Both the position numbers and the translations under genes were made by a program. 64,000 nucleotides of DNA from Sphaerodactylus townsendi. Taxonomy: Eukaryota. Within the stretch, counting starts at the first letter, position 1. The number at the start of each line of letters is the position of its first letter. Positions 43,941-59,579 of this stretch are shown piece by piece. The DNA is taken from contig NC_059437.1 of the NCBI RefSeq assembly GCF_021028975.2, positions 33,108,001 through 33,172,000 on the forward strand, in the 5' to 3' direction. The notes beneath the pieces are model-generated. The model worked only from the letters and a program-made list of their open reading frames with translations. It was not told where the DNA came from and made no database searches.

Positions 43941-46900
43941 GACTGAGAATAAAGACTACAAATCTATTTCCTTTATTTGCATAGTGGACTCCCTTCCTTA
44001 GAGGAATTTGCCACTATTTGCCCCATCAGAATGAATTCTCTACCACAATTCCATCCTGCTGGGATATTGACAGCTTGAGCTTGCAAGAGATCTTGTTTTA
44101 GAAGAACCCAGCCTTCACTTGCTCCCCTCCCTCCCAGCATTCTTAACATGGAATGACTCTCGTCATACTTCTGGGGTGATTTCCTAACATCTGACATATG
44201 TCTGGCTATGGCAAGCCTTGCTCTTCAAAACCAAAGGAATTCTAGGAGGAATTAATAGATCATAGATGGATAAGGTAATGCAAAAGTGTAATTATTCATT
44301 AACAATTCACAGAAGTTACCACAATATTGTTTAAAAGAGTTGTTGATTATCTACGGATATATAGGGGGAGAATAGGTATATAATGTGGGGGTGTCGTTTT
44401 TTAACTTTGGCTCACTTCCACAAAATGTAGATCTGGCCCTGCTCTATCTCTCTCCCCACCCCCATCCACCAATCCTCCTTTTTATCAACTCAGGAAATTC
44501 AGGTAATCAAAGATTCACAGTTCCTGGCTTCCAGGCCTTTCTATTCTTCTAACTCCAGCCCAGTCCGGACCTGCAGGCTCTGTTTGTTCCTGCCTCAGGG
44601 AGCGGCCTCTATTCTCCTGACCTTGTACAAGGGAGGGGAAGTCACTCAGTGCATTAAGAATACGACCGATTTCTTGGCTGAAATACACACCTGAAAAGCA
44701 AATACTGTTTTGGTGCCACAACCAATGCCAAGGCTGTGGTGCAGAAACTCCCAGTTGGGAGTTTCCCAGCACTTCCCAGACTTTCCAAACTAACCACTTC
44801 CCTCCTCTTAGCAAAAAAACAAAAATCTGCCAGATTTGTAACTATTGTGGAGATAGTAGTTGAGCAAGTGTTGTTGGCTAGTGTCCCTGGCATGCCTAAT
44901 GACCAGTGACACACCTCTCTCTGATCTCAAAGTCTGGCACCATGTCACATACCTTTTTATTTAAAAAAACCTGTTTGTTTTTCTCAGATCTTGAAAGTCT
45001 GTGTGCTGCTCAGCATAACGTCTGTGTATGTGGGTGTCTCAGCTAGTCCTTTTATCAAAGCATGATGGTTGATCACAACCAACCATGCCTCCCCATTGTT
45101 TCCCAGAAGGGATTCCTCACTATCCAACACTCCTTCTTGCTGTCTTAATTTACATTGCTTTTAATCTCTGCTCAGCATGTTTGGTGTGCCAGATGCCTGC
45201 ACTTCGTGGTGGAATGGGCTACTACAAGCACCCCTTGAAGAAGGTTTTATGGGGATGGTAATTTGTCTGCAACTCTCCCAGCTTTGTCTAGAAATTTGCG
45301 GATCTGCAAGCCATGCCTGGGCTGTGTGCCTCTGGCCCTTTGGATCAGCTGCTCATGAAAAACACAATTCACATGCTAGAAAGGAAGATTTGAAAGTCAC
45401 AGTATGCCTCCATCTTATTCCAGCCACCAGCTGCTCCAAGAAATACCCCTAGCAGACCACATTTGCTTCACAAATATACACCTCTAGTAAGAGAACAGTG
45501 AACAGGCACTCCCTTGAGGAACCCAGGATGAAGAATGTGCTCTGCTATTTTGTGGCAGGTTTATATTTGTCATGGAGGACTTCTGGAATCTGCAGAATGT
45601 GCAAAATGCCAATTATTGCTGCTTCAGAGAGCCCTGCGTGCTGCTGAGCTGATACAATTAGTCGGCAACCAAAAGGATCCATCCACTTTCCCCAGAATAA
45701 GAAAACGGGTGAAGAGTTCTCAGAGGGGAAGGATGCTTAGGCAGGCCTGCACACCCAGGATAGCCTTGCCATATCTGCCTGCTGCAGAGAGAGACCTGCC
45801 AAGGAAAGCCCGAGGGTGGGGCTAAAACCTTTATTCAAAAGACAGGTTTGGTCCCTGATATTTTTGGTTAAAAGTTCTGGGGAGAGGCTTGTATGAAAAA
45901 CCTGGGAGAGCCGCAACCAGGCTCAAATTCTTTCTGCACAGTTGCTTCCCGGGTTCTGCTTTTGTCATGGGATTATTACATTTTCTTGGTTGTCAAACTG
46001 TCAGAGGTTGACGGATGAGCGTCAAGAGGCAGCTATGGGCATAATTTTGGATGAACACCTTCTCCAGCCCTTCCTCTCTACTCAAACACATCTTGTAATT
46101 TTCTTTCTGTTTTATTGTCACAAGAGTTGGAAATGCTGTGAGCAACTGGGAGAAAAATGGATGAAAGATTAATTGCATCTGCACACATCCGGTGGAACTA
46201 TACATTCATTTCTCTTTCTTGCCTTACATTCAGAAAGCTGTTCTTCAAGCTAGGAATAGGTGGGTTTAATGGGAATGAGTGGAAAGGGGAAATCATGCTT
46301 TCTTATCCTCTGTGATCTGGACAGTTCAAATCTCACACCAGCTATGATTTCATTGAGTGGCTAAGGCAAGTCATTCTTCTTGCAGCTTCTCCGTCCTTAT
46401 CTATGTTATTTGATTAACGGCACTGGTCAGCCTTGCTGGATTGTTGTAGAGACGACCTGAGGAAACTACTATGGACTAAGCTATACAAATGATAATTGCT
46501 GTTAAACTTCCCAACTTCCATTCTCCACTATAGAAGAAGAGGGAGCTTCCAAAATTGGAAGCAAAATTATTGACCTCTCTGTGCAGAGTTCTTTCTGCAG
46601 AACCTTGTAGAGACCAGGGTTCAGAAGCACCCAGTGAAAAGCCCTGGACAGAGGGAAGACAGGCCAAGACAAGCAGCGGGAGGACTGACCCGATGGACAA
46701 TGGCAGATCAGGCAAAGGCTAACTATTGTAGTCCCCCTTTGAGAGCAGAGAGTTTGCATTTCTGGCAGCCTGTGTGTTCTCCGCTGCATTTAATAATATC
46801 TCCAGTTCCAACAAGCCTTGAAGAATCTGGCAGTTCCCCTCCTGAAGGAGTTCACACTCTGGTGTTGTTTTCTCATCTCCTCTTGAAGGCTGGTGGCAAC

Positions 46901-47306
46901 TTGCACAAATGGACAGAGGCCATCCACAGGAAGGTCAAGTTCTGCTTTCAACTGTCAATTTACTAAGGGTCCGCTTGTCTTGTGTATCCGAAATAATTCT
47001 TTCCCTCTGGCGGGGAGGGACCTTTCTGATGGGGATTTCCAGGCCTGCTTCTGGGAAGGAGGCTGGAAGTCAGATCTTTACATAGGGCCTTGCCTGAAGT
47101 TGCTCATGCGCTGTCTGTGAAATGGGAGGAATGAGGAGCTGGAATTGGGACACAGTGAAGCTGTTTCCCCAAAGAAGAGGGTTTTCCAGCTATGAGCCCT
47201 AAAGAAACATTCAATTCAATTTCATTGGACACCTGGCTAAGTTTTTGCATTACTTGATGGGTGGCTATAAACCAGGCAACTTGTGGAATCAAGGTTTCTC
47301 CTGCTT

Positions 47307-47412
47307 AAGTCCACATCAACCTTACCTTCAAACTCAAACAGTTCCCTAATAACCAGGAAGTCCACATCAACCTTGCCTTCAAACTCAAACAGTTCCCTAA
47401 TAACCAGGAAGT
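47307..47412. repeat. 51-bp tandem duplication
   Basis: AAGTCCACATCAACCTT(A/G)CCTTCAAACTCAAACAGTTCCCTAATAACCAGG x2 with one mismatch, followed by AAGT. Confidence 0.95.
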
Positions 47413-50400
47413 GGTCTAACCAGACCAGATGAGATACAGAAGTCACTAGGTGGCTGTTCTTTCAACAATAACTGCAGGACAGAAGTCCTTAGCATTGCTC
47501 ATTTCTACTATATGCAGAAATATAATGAGGTGTGAGTGCAACAGCCCTCCATATGTTTGCTGCAACTGGAGCTTCAGAGAGTTTTGTGCACCAGCTTTGC
47601 CCTGCAGAGATGATGCATCCTAGGCAGAGCCTTTGCGTGGTCTTGTATGCACTGAAGCCTCGGCAAACTTTCTGGTTAGTAGAGGAAAAGGCCTGTTCTG
47701 TCATGTCCCTGCTGCTCTTATCCTCTGCCCAACTCCGCCGTGAGCTCGAGGAATTGCTTCCTCATGAGGGCAGATGAGGAATCCATGCTCTCCAGTTTCC
47801 TGCCTTCAACCCAGGTAGGGCCTACAGAGCCCAGCTGGAAGGTTTGTTCTATTATGGGGCCTTGCTCACTTTTCTGAGACTCACCTAGAAGGCGAACACA
47901 GCGTGACAGGCTTGGACATGACCCAGCTTGTCTCCCACTACCCCCACCTAAGGAAACATCATGTTATCTGTAAAATCTAGGATAGTTTTGGGAAAGTCCA
48001 GGACACAGATCTTTTAACCAGCCCTTCTTCCTTCCTCCTTGGTGGGCCTGCAAAGACTAAAGGAATGCACCATCTAGCATCTAATTCATGCACTTACCAT
48101 GGGTACAGAGCATCAGTGCCCACCATGCTACACTACCCAGCATTTTGGAAAAAGGTTGGGCTCACCTCCACCAATCCTGCTGAGTTGGAGAAGTAGGGTT
48201 GCCTTCCCCTATTATTTTAAATGCGTTTAGAAGTGCCCATAGATTCAAAAGCTTATGAAAAGCGATAAGAGAGTAATGCTGGGGCATTTCTCCCCACAAA
48301 GGAGAGCAAACCCATACTAGGGCTGCTGTCAGATGTTCTAATTTACTTACATAATGGTCACGGGAAGTTTTATGACAAGTCATGGCTTTTGCTCTCCCAC
48401 TTCCTTCAGGTTCTTCCTCTTTCGTAAGCTTTTTGGTGTCTCTGGAGAGCCTCCCTTAGCAATGCCGGTTTGCAGAGAAGCACAACTTGTCTAATCTCCT
48501 ACTTATCACTGTAGAAGAGTGACAGGGAAGATCCTGGCACGCTTATACACTGATGTCCATTACCTCCCTCTGCAAGCAGCAGAAGCTCATAATGCTGAGC
48601 ATAGGAGAGACGACATCTCCACCTTGGCCCTCCTGTGCAGTCCATGCTCTACCCTGCTCTCCAAGCGCCATTTCTACAAGATCACAGGGCCACTTCTGAC
48701 GCATGCTTTTCCTATGCAGATAACCTGTGTGCAGAAAGGAAAGCCGCAGACACTATCACTTTGGCATTTACTCAACCACTACACGAAGACACGTCACGTG
48801 TGGAGCAGCTGCGGCTTTTTTTTTTAAACCTCTCACTTCCTACTTGTTTAGGATCAGTCAGCCCAAAGCCTACTATAACTGGGCCATTGCCCAGATGAAC
48901 TACAGCCTCTGCCAACTCTTATCTTCTAACATATTGCCCCTGCCCCCCTTTCTTAGCCCAGAGGTGTAGTGGTTTTTTGGTTGCAATCTTTCACTTCCTC
49001 CATTTGTTGCCTATATTTCTGGGATGCAGTTTCTTGCAGCTGGGTTGTGCATTCTGGGAGATGGCACAGTAAGCACTTAAAAAGGTAAGAGGCAGGCACT
49101 CCACCTAGAGCACCATCAGTCAATAATTAAAGCGATAAGCCTGTTCCCATAAGCCTGTTCTGATAGGCACCCAAAGAATGCTATTAGGCAAGAGCTTCAG
49201 CCACAGCAAGCAGCAGCTTTAACTTATGAAGCTGATTCACACATGCATGTCAATCACATACTTGTCACTCACTGAACATGCTAATTGTCTGCACTTGAAC
49301 AAGCTGGATCAGTCTGGGAGCTATTGAACACATACAAGTTTGCACTTGTTTCTTCTGTCACCGTGTGATGAATACTGAAGTCATCTTTAGATTTATGTGA
49401 GGAAGATCATTGGCTCCACCTTACCCCATTGCAGTGGTTTCCTTCCACCCCACTGCAGCTCGATGACCCCAAACGACAAGTAAAGTTTGGAGCTTGGCAA
49501 AACAGAGCCCTGGAGGGGCCCCTTCGGTTAGTGACAGAGCTCTGCTGTACAGAACTTAATGGTGGGTTTGGTTGGATGACCTGGCCAGATTTGTTTTAGA
49601 TGTCAGTTATAGTTTCTGCACTAACTATACACAAGATAGACAGGCCAGAGATCTGACAATCAGTATGGCAAGTCACCCTAGCACAGGAGCAAGAGATCCA
49701 ATGATCTCCCCCTACTTGCTTATTAACAAAGTGGTCAACATTGAACACTTTGGGAAGAGAAGAGTATTCCAGTTAAATATCCACTTTCAAGTAACTTCAA
49801 GCACAGAGGTCAGATCAAGCCACCCACAGAACTTCCATCAATGGGAATTTTAAAACAAACCCTGAACTCAGCACTTCCACCCATATGCGCTTGGTGAATC
49901 AACTGAGACCAGTTTTGAGCAAGTAAGCAGCAGGAATTGTCTGGAAAAAACCAACCAACCGAGAGTCCCAAGTGCTGGAAAGCAAGCAAGAGGTTGTCAA
50001 GTCGCAAAAGCCCTAGATTCTCCAAGCCATCCCATCGTACATGGTAAAAGACCCTCTCTTGAATTTAGCTCATGGATCCCACAACCCTCGTTCTCTTCCC
50101 ATAGGCTGCCCCAGCTGAGAGATGAACAATGGAACCCTCAGAGAGTTACACTCCTGTAAGTCAGCAGACTTGGAAGGGCAGCATGCAACTCTGAACTGAA
50201 CTGCTAATCTTTCCTTGGCAAAACTGAACCTCCCTGTGCTGGGAGCTCAAGTAATTCAGAAACCAACAGCAGAAGTTCTGAAAGGCTTCAGTGGTTTCCA
50301 GAAAGACAACCAGGAAATTGCTTTTTTTAATTTTTCTAATCAGTTTTAATTTTTCAGGAAGACAAATCAAACAGAGCTGCAGAAACAATTAGTGAGCAAA

Positions 50401-50506
50401 TACAGTGGACATGTCTCAGCCCCTGAAACTGCCCCAATTGAGCAAGATGGGGCAGGAAGGATTGGGGTCTGAGCCACATGATCCCTAGATCCCCTCTTCT
50501 GTGTCG

Positions 50507-50512
50507 TTTATT
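50507..50512 (-). terminator. Candidate TMSB15 polyadenylation signal (alternative ATTAAA at 50658-50653)
   Basis: TTTATT about 230 nt downstream of the stop codon. Confidence 0.55.
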
Positions 50513-50740
50513 CTCCCCTCACCAATACAGGCGGCAGCATCATCCCCCGAAGGAGGCCATGGCCGTGCAGGGGAGGAGCAGTCTGGTGTTGACAAGGCTG
50601 CACAGGAATCCAAAGCAGTGGAGGTGGGAGGGTTGCAATGGGAGCTGCAGCATTTAATACAATATACATTGTGGTAAAAAAAAATTAATGCAAACGAGAG
50701 TAAAGAAGAGAGAATGGGCACTGCATATCAAGGGCCATCT

Positions 50741-53070
<2,330 letters not shown>

Positions 53071-54515
53071 AGGCAGCATGCGTGCTCAGTCTCTGCTGTT
53101 TCACATGCTGCAGTTGCGGAAATAACCTGAAGTCTTGCTAGCGTGTAGAACAATTCTGGTTCTCTGTGTGTGTGTGTTTAACCATTGCACTCCAGTAGCA
53201 GGCGACCTAGTCCTGGGCTTGGGAGAATTCGCTCTTTACTGCCGCGGTGTTAAGGGGCTTAGTGCCCAGAATACCCCTCCAGCAGCCCTGGAAAGTGGAA
53301 TCCTTCGGACGGTAGTCTTAGGGATCGTCCCGGACGAGAAAATCCGGCTTTTACCCAGTCCCGTCCCGGACCGGACCTCCCAGCTCGAGCCTTGTGGTGC
53401 ATACAGACAGAAACACACTCCCTGCCCGTGTGAATGGCGGGGGAGGTGTGCATGTCTGGGCAGTCCTGTACGCACTTCCTTATCAATTAGTAAGTCGGGC
53501 TGATCGACTGTTTCTTAATGATATCTCAGTTCCCCTATTCCGGCTTGGTAGAGCAGGCCGATTTGGAAAAGGAGCACGTTGGTCCCACTTGTGAAAGGTA
53601 CAAAACGCTGTCACTAGCTGGGGTGGGTTCGTGACCACGTGCTTCCGCTACTGACGAGTGACAACTCGAAGACTTTTGACCCGAGCGTCACCTTGGAACC
53701 AGAGCAGCCCCTGCAAAGGGGCCGGCAAGGGACCAGGCTTTCCTAGCACAAGACTGCAATTCAGTTTGCGCTTCTATCCCGAGTTGTAGAAACAGGGGGC
53801 TCGTAGGAGCGCTAAACTAAAGCGCGAGGGGAGTGACTAAGCTCCTTGGGGAGAAGCTTCCGCGTGGCAGGAGCGGAGCAGGGCGTAGTGATGGCGGTGT
53901 TAAGGGCTCCTCGTGCAAAGAATGTTTTCCATTGCAATATTCGCCCACAGAGTTCACAGTCAATGGCGGGTTTCACTTTTGAACCTATTTGTTTTGGGCT
54001 GCGTATAACTCCCCCCTGCAACAGAACGAGGGGATTGTGATGACTATAAGATTGCAAGGCCTGTGTATTGCTTGCGTGCTCCCCGTGTGTTGTGTGCTGT
54101 GCGGTAACGAGCCCCACCTTTTCGTAGGTGAGAGGAACTGGAGACGGCTTGCCCTGCGCCATAACACCGGTCGTCCCTGAAGCCCCACGTTCTTGCTCTG
54201 TGCCGCCCTCAATGCTTTGTGCGCCCTCTGGCGGTGATACGCTGGCTTATTTCCCTCCTGAAGCTTTTGCCTGGAATGTCTTTGGTCCTTTTTAATCGGC
54301 GGGATTCCAAAGACCTACCAGACCGGTTTACAGCATAATAAAATAGGCAAACATCCCCCAAAGCAACACCAAAGCCACGAGGCATTCCAAGGAAGGAGAG
54401 AGAAGTCAAGTCGTTTCCACTACTGCTGCAGCAACGGAAGCATCACAGTGAGTCATCCCTTTCCTCTTTTGGATGCCTGCATTTTATTCAGATTAACTAC
54501 AGTTATACTAATCAA

Positions 54516-54947
54516 TTTATTGTTGAAGGCTTTCAGGCTGGACTCAGCTGGTTGTTGTGGGCTTTCTGGGCTGTGTGGCCGTGGTCTGGTAGATCTTGTT
54601 CCTAACATTTTGCCTGCATCTGTGGCTGGCATCTTCAGAGATGGATCACAGAGAGAAGTGTGTTACTGTGTCACTGGACAGAGTGTGTAACACACTTCTC
54701 TCTGTGATACACCTCTGAAGATGCCAGCCACAGATGCAGGCGAAATATTTGGAACAAAATTCAGTGGTGGGATTCAAATAATTTAACAACCGGTTCCGGT
54801 GGTGGGATTTAAATAATTTAACAACTGTTTTTTTACAGGCACCATTTTAAAAACCGGTTCCGCCGATGTGGCGCGGACCTGCTGAATCCCATCACTGAAC
54901 AAGATCTACCAGACCACCCAGCCTGGAAAACCCAGCACAACCAGTCC
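54516..54947. mobile_element. Penelope-like inverted terminal fragment with two mutated hammerhead motifs
   Basis: Perfect 10-bp TSD TACTAATCAA (54506-54515, 54948-54957); inverted arms; interrupted by a MITE. Confidence 0.8.
54762..54897. mobile_element. 136-bp TIR MITE nested in the Penelope fragment
   Basis: TIR CAGTGGTGGGATTCA / TGAATCCCATCACTG; flanks AACAAAATT / AACAAGATC (apparent 9-bp TSD, 7 of 9). Confidence 0.75.
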
Positions 54948-55276
54948 TACTAATCAAATAGCCAAATTGGCTAAATTGCAGCTCCCTGCAGCTTCATATG
55001 CTTATGGACTTCATCCTTAACTGTGGCTTCTCCAGTTCTATCTCCCTAAACTGGGAAATAATTCTACTGCTCCCCCCAACCTTTTCCTTGAAACTGCCTC
55101 CCAGAACATCTGCTGGTGTTGCAGCAGGTGCCGTGTTTATCCTGATCCACTCTTTCCTCCTGTCTTGTTTTCTTGTTTCAAAATGTGCAATGTAAACTCC
55201 TCCAGACAGGGAAGTGCCCTCTGCTCAGAAAAAATGTTATGTACTTTGGTAATGTTGTTGGGATACACATATCAAC

Positions 55277-55548
55277 TTTTTTTTTTGCAGTCAAGTCACA
55301 GCTGACTTATGGCAACTCCATAGAGTTTCAAGGCCAGAATTTTGGAGGTGGTTTGCCATTGCTTGCCTCCGCATTGTGCCCCTGCTGTTCCTTGAAGGTC
55401 TCCCATCAAAATATTAGCCAGGATCATGGGTGAGGGCGAGCGTGGTCCAAGATCACCCAGCAAGCTTTCATGGCACAAATGGGGATTTGAACCTGGATTT
55501 CCCAGATCATAATCCAACACCTTAAGCACTACACTATGCTGGCTCTCA
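55277..55548 (-). mobile_element. Second copy of chimeric tRNA + 5S + Sauria-tail SINE
   Basis: Same three modules in the same order on minus; poly(A) tail; flanking direct repeat ATATCAAC (55269-55276, 55549-55556). Confidence 0.75.
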
Positions 55549-56493
55549 ATATCAACCACAAGAGGCTATAATTGACTCATCAAACTTTGATTCATAATTT
55601 ATTCCTGCATGCCATCCATTACAAGAGTAACTCTAGCAATTGTGCAACTAATTTTACTTGCCTTACAAATCAATAAATTAGGCACAGTCATCAGTTCCTT
55701 GAAAGACCTAAGTTAAGTAATCAATTTATCAAGTAATCCATATGTGCATGTAGCAGCTCTTCAATGGGTAATCTGCTTCCTGAGCTCATTTAATCAGTCT
55801 ATACCTCATGAAGTACAGCAGGCACATTCTATGCCACGGACCACACCAGTTTTTGTCTAGTCATAATCTGAGCTGTGCTACTCTCCAGTCATTTGCTCTC
55901 CTCCCCCTTGATTAAGAACCCTATGGATTTCAGGAAGGGAACCCACAGGACTGCCTTGGTTGGTCCATCCTCCCTCACAGGATACAGGCCACTTTGGGAG
56001 AACCTGGGGAAGGCCTAGGAGTGTACTGTGGAGCCCTGTAGCTCCTCCCTGCCAATCCCAGTTCTTTGCCTATTCCCAGTTCCATAGGAGTGACTTCTGA
56101 GCTCATGGCTTTACATGGCAACCTGAGGTATATGCTGCAGCTGTAAGGTAGAGTTGGGCAGTGGGTGTGTGAGATGTTCTTGTATTTACAACTCCAAGAC
56201 AAGGTGATCCTGCAACCCAGAGCTCATTAAACTTTTATCAGTACTTCCCAGGACAGAAGGAGCAAATGGTCTGCAGTATATGTGTCAAGGGGGAAGGGGG
56301 TTCCTCCATTTCTTCCTGACTATATCCAAGTGGGGTGTCCCCTTCCCTCTAGAAGCATTAAGTGTTACACTCTGGAGGAAAAACCAAACATTGGAATCAT
56401 ACTGAATCATAGCCCCTCTGAGATCAGTATTGTCTGGTGGACTGGAAGTAGATCTCTAGAATCTCAGGCTGAGGTCTTTAATATCATCTAGTA

Positions 56494-56645
56494 CGGGGGT
56501 CTGCAACCTGTGGTTCTCCAGATGTTCATGAGCTACAATTCCCATCAGCTCCTGCCAGCATGGCCATGCAGTTGGCCATGCTGGCAGGGGCTGATGGGAA
56601 TTGTAGTCCATGAACATCTGGAGAGCCACAGGTTGCAGACCTCTG
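56494..56645. mobile_element. Palindromic hAT/Charlie-type MITE (152 bp)
   Basis: Near-perfect hairpin; perfect 8-bp TSD ATCTAGTA (56486-56493, 56646-56653). Confidence 0.9.
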
Positions 56646-58070
56646 ATCTAGTACCTGGTATTTTTAAATCTCTTTGTGAGGGATTGAGCTGGGATGTTCT
56701 GCATTCCAAGCAGATGCTCCAGCACTTCTGTCAAAGCTGACCTTGCCTTGGTGAAGCGGCATAACAGAGTTTGCTCAAGTCTGGTTCCAGTAACTCACTG
56801 AATAACACATAACAGAAAGCAAAAGAAGGCTTTATTGAAGGCATTATCATATATAACAAAACTGACCAACTATCTTGCTTACTGGAATCCAAACATAGTG
56901 CAGTTGATTCTTAAGGCAAAGAGTTTCCAGAGCGTAATACAAATAATGTATTGGCAGCAAGGAAGGAAAGGTCAAAGGGATTCTTCTCTCTAGCGATACT
57001 TACAGAAAATTGCTGACCATACCCTCCTGCCCTCCTCAACCAGTCATAATTCTATGATCTTTCCAGATTAAGAGTGACTTTTCCTTTTCATACTAAATCC
57101 TCAACTGAATTGTGTGAGCTAATTAACAGGCCTGAGAAGATATCCTTGATAAGTAGCTGTATGGAGGTGCACAGAGTCAAGAAACAGTGAACAAATATGG
57201 AAAATCCCATTAAAATGGCTTCTCTCTTGACAACAGCCCCTCAAGCCTGTTTGATGATGGAGCTTTACAGTGATACCATGCTTGGCCTCTAAAGTTGCTA
57301 CCATTCAGCCAAAGTAGCCCCCTCTAAATTATATGAAAGCTCTCTTGTTCCTCTGCCCCTGTTTTTTCCCTGTATATGTGAATTGTCTCTTGAACAGGGG
57401 AACAAACCTTAGTAGATGGTTAGGCAGGTGGTTGCAGGTCTAATTTGCACCCCAGCAACTGTGCTGGCTACCCTGCCTTCTTCAAACAGTCCTTCTCAGC
57501 TGCAGAGGCTGCTGACTTACATTTCTGGGAAGCACTTGTGCTGACACCCTAAAAAGCTGACTGGCACTTGCTTAATTAAAAATAAAAGATATGAACAGTT
57601 GAATGGAAATTGTGGTCTTGGGTGCATTATCTTCCTTCATCTTGGTTCCTATATGGTGCTTGCACTGTTGACCAAGGGTCCATCCTTTCGCTCCCAGCGT
57701 GGTCCCAGAATGGGCTTCACTTCCGGTAACGAGTTTCCATGATCCCCTGTTTTAATTTAGGCTCAAAATCAAGCAATCCTTTTGGGAACAGGACTACAGA
57801 ACTTTCCAAGTTGAGAGTGGGAACAGGACAGCAAACTACAAAGCCCCAGGGGGAGCAATAGGTTTTCTCTTCCAAATGGAAACTTCTTATAGGTTTAGCC
57901 CCAGTCACAGCAGGAGAAGAACAGTTCGTCGTGCAATGGGTGTGATTATAGAAAATTTGATAAAAACTCTCAAGGGAGAGTTGCACTTGGCTTTCCCAGA
58001 AGTAAACAAGGGTGCAGGATAGACTCATGTCAAGCTGACATTGCTCAGGATTTGTAGACTGTAAGTCATT

Positions 58071-58189
58071 TAGGGGTGGCCAACCTATGTTGCCCCAGAT
58101 GTACCTAGACTACAATTCCCATCAGCCCCCACCAGCATGGCCAATTGTAGTCCATGAACATCTGGGGCACCACAGGTTGGCCACTCCTA
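58071..58189. mobile_element. Palindromic hAT MITE, related family, internally deleted
   Basis: TAGGGGTGGCCAACCT...AGGTTGGCCACTCCTA with the ACTACAATTCCCATCAGCCC core. Confidence 0.8.
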
Positions 58190-58682
58190 GATGGACCACC
58201 AGATGTGTCAGTCTGCTGTATCGTTTTATCTGTTCTGCATTCTCCCATATGTATATAATTCTTCCTTATTTTCTTTATTTTTTCCCGGAGAGTAATTGCA
58301 TCCAATTTCTCTCCTTACTCTTGTTTCCCTCAAATAAAACTAGAACATATTGTTCAGGAAAATCTGCATCGTTAACATATTGCTTGGGCGAAAAGGGACT
58401 AGGTTTTATGTAGCCAGCACTTCAGCAAGTTAGATTGCATGTTAGGCTGTGTGTTTGTGAGATGGAGAGAGGTCAGAACGGGCTTCCCAGGTACTGCCAA
58501 AGATTTCCATGTGACTGGTGTTGGCAGCTACCCTGTGTGTGTGTGCGTATGGAGAGTGCTAATCTACCAATTGCAAGCGATAGTCAAATGGGCTGCAGTG
58601 TAAGTGGGGGAGTACTCCATCCCTGCCTTTCCTGAAGAGCCACTCTCCAGATTTTGTTCTACTGACCATGTGGTTCTTGAAC

Positions 58683-59579
58683 CTAGACTGTGCTCTGCTG
58701 GAGGAAGTCATAGATGGCTGTAGTAAGACCCCATGTTAGGCAGGACCTGAGAATAAGGAGGGACCCACCTCTGTAAAGCAATGCCACGCTCCTCCCATGG
58801 TTTCCCCAAACAGCCGTCACTGCAGCCTGGAAGTGGAGTATCTCTTGTTTCCCCACCTGAGACTGCACATTAGCAATAAGAACACTGAGAGGATACAGAA
58901 AAAGGCAAATCAACGTGCCATTTACACTGCCGGAAATCAGGGCAGGGAGCCAACGGGGCAAGCCTCTTTCAGAGAGGCTGTCTTGGAGGGGATCCTTCAA
59001 GGAGAAATACAGAGAGCTCCCCAGGCCATTACGAACCAGGATGAGACCCAGGCCACGGTAGTAGCCTAGTACCAGCGTCTCCCTTGGAGCATAGGAGTGA
59101 AACTCCTGCAGGATACTATGGGTTGCTGGAAACCTCTTGTTCTTCCGTCCATCCTGAAGAACGTTTTGGATCCTCTCAAAGGGACACAGCACCAAGGCTT
59201 CCAAAATGCCAGAGACGAGTCCTGCTGTGTACCGGTCTCCCAGTGAGTGAGGCCTAGAAGACCTGCAGGAGAGAATGTGAAGGCAGCTTTCATAAGTGCC
59301 AAACATCAGCGTGCCCTGCACCGTCCGGGAAAGGAGAGGGGGGAAGACTCCCCGGTAGAATCTGTGGAGGCCCTCCTGGCTCAGCTGGCGAACAGCCTCC
59401 TGGATGGAAAAGGCATGGAGCTGCTGGCGGAAGATGGTCTTGTAGATTGGGAAGGTGGCGAGCGTGGCAAGGAAGCCAGAGGCAGCTCCCATGTTGTAAC
59501 TGTGGGAGCCCCAACTTGGTTTGTCCCTTCTCTGCTCCCCCTTTCCAGTGCTCCCAGAAGTCCCCACTTCCTTCGGCAT
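58683..59579 (-). CDS. SLC25A53: Solute carrier family 25 member 53 (mitochondrial carrier, SLC25A51/52-like), 298 aa, single coding exon
   Basis: Three carrier repeats (FPIYKTIFRQQ, CPFERIQNVLQ, YPLSVLIANVQ) with FYRG/YYRG/LYRG motifs; first ATG at 59579 (the ORF track starts at an upstream GTG); acceptor cttacag with exon start 59623; synteny. Confidence 0.93.
   Translation of the reverse strand: MPKEVGTSGSTGKGEQRRDKPSWGSHSYNMGAASGFLATLATFPIYKTIFRQQLHAFSIQEAVRQLSQEGLHRFYRGVFPPLLSRTVQGTLMFGTYESCLHILSCRSSRPHSLGDRYTAGLVSGILEALVLCPFERIQNVLQDGRKNKRFPATHSILQEFHSYAPRETLVLGYYRGLGLILVRNGLGSSLYFSLKDPLQDSLSERGLPRWLPALISGSVNGTLICLFLYPLSVLIANVQSQVGKQEILHFQAAVTAVWGNHGRSVALLYRGGSLLILRSCLTWGLTTAIYDFLQQSTV

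Noticed and set aside
47307-47412. CRISPR-like repeat
   Set aside because: Two abutting units with no spacer, in a vertebrate genome.
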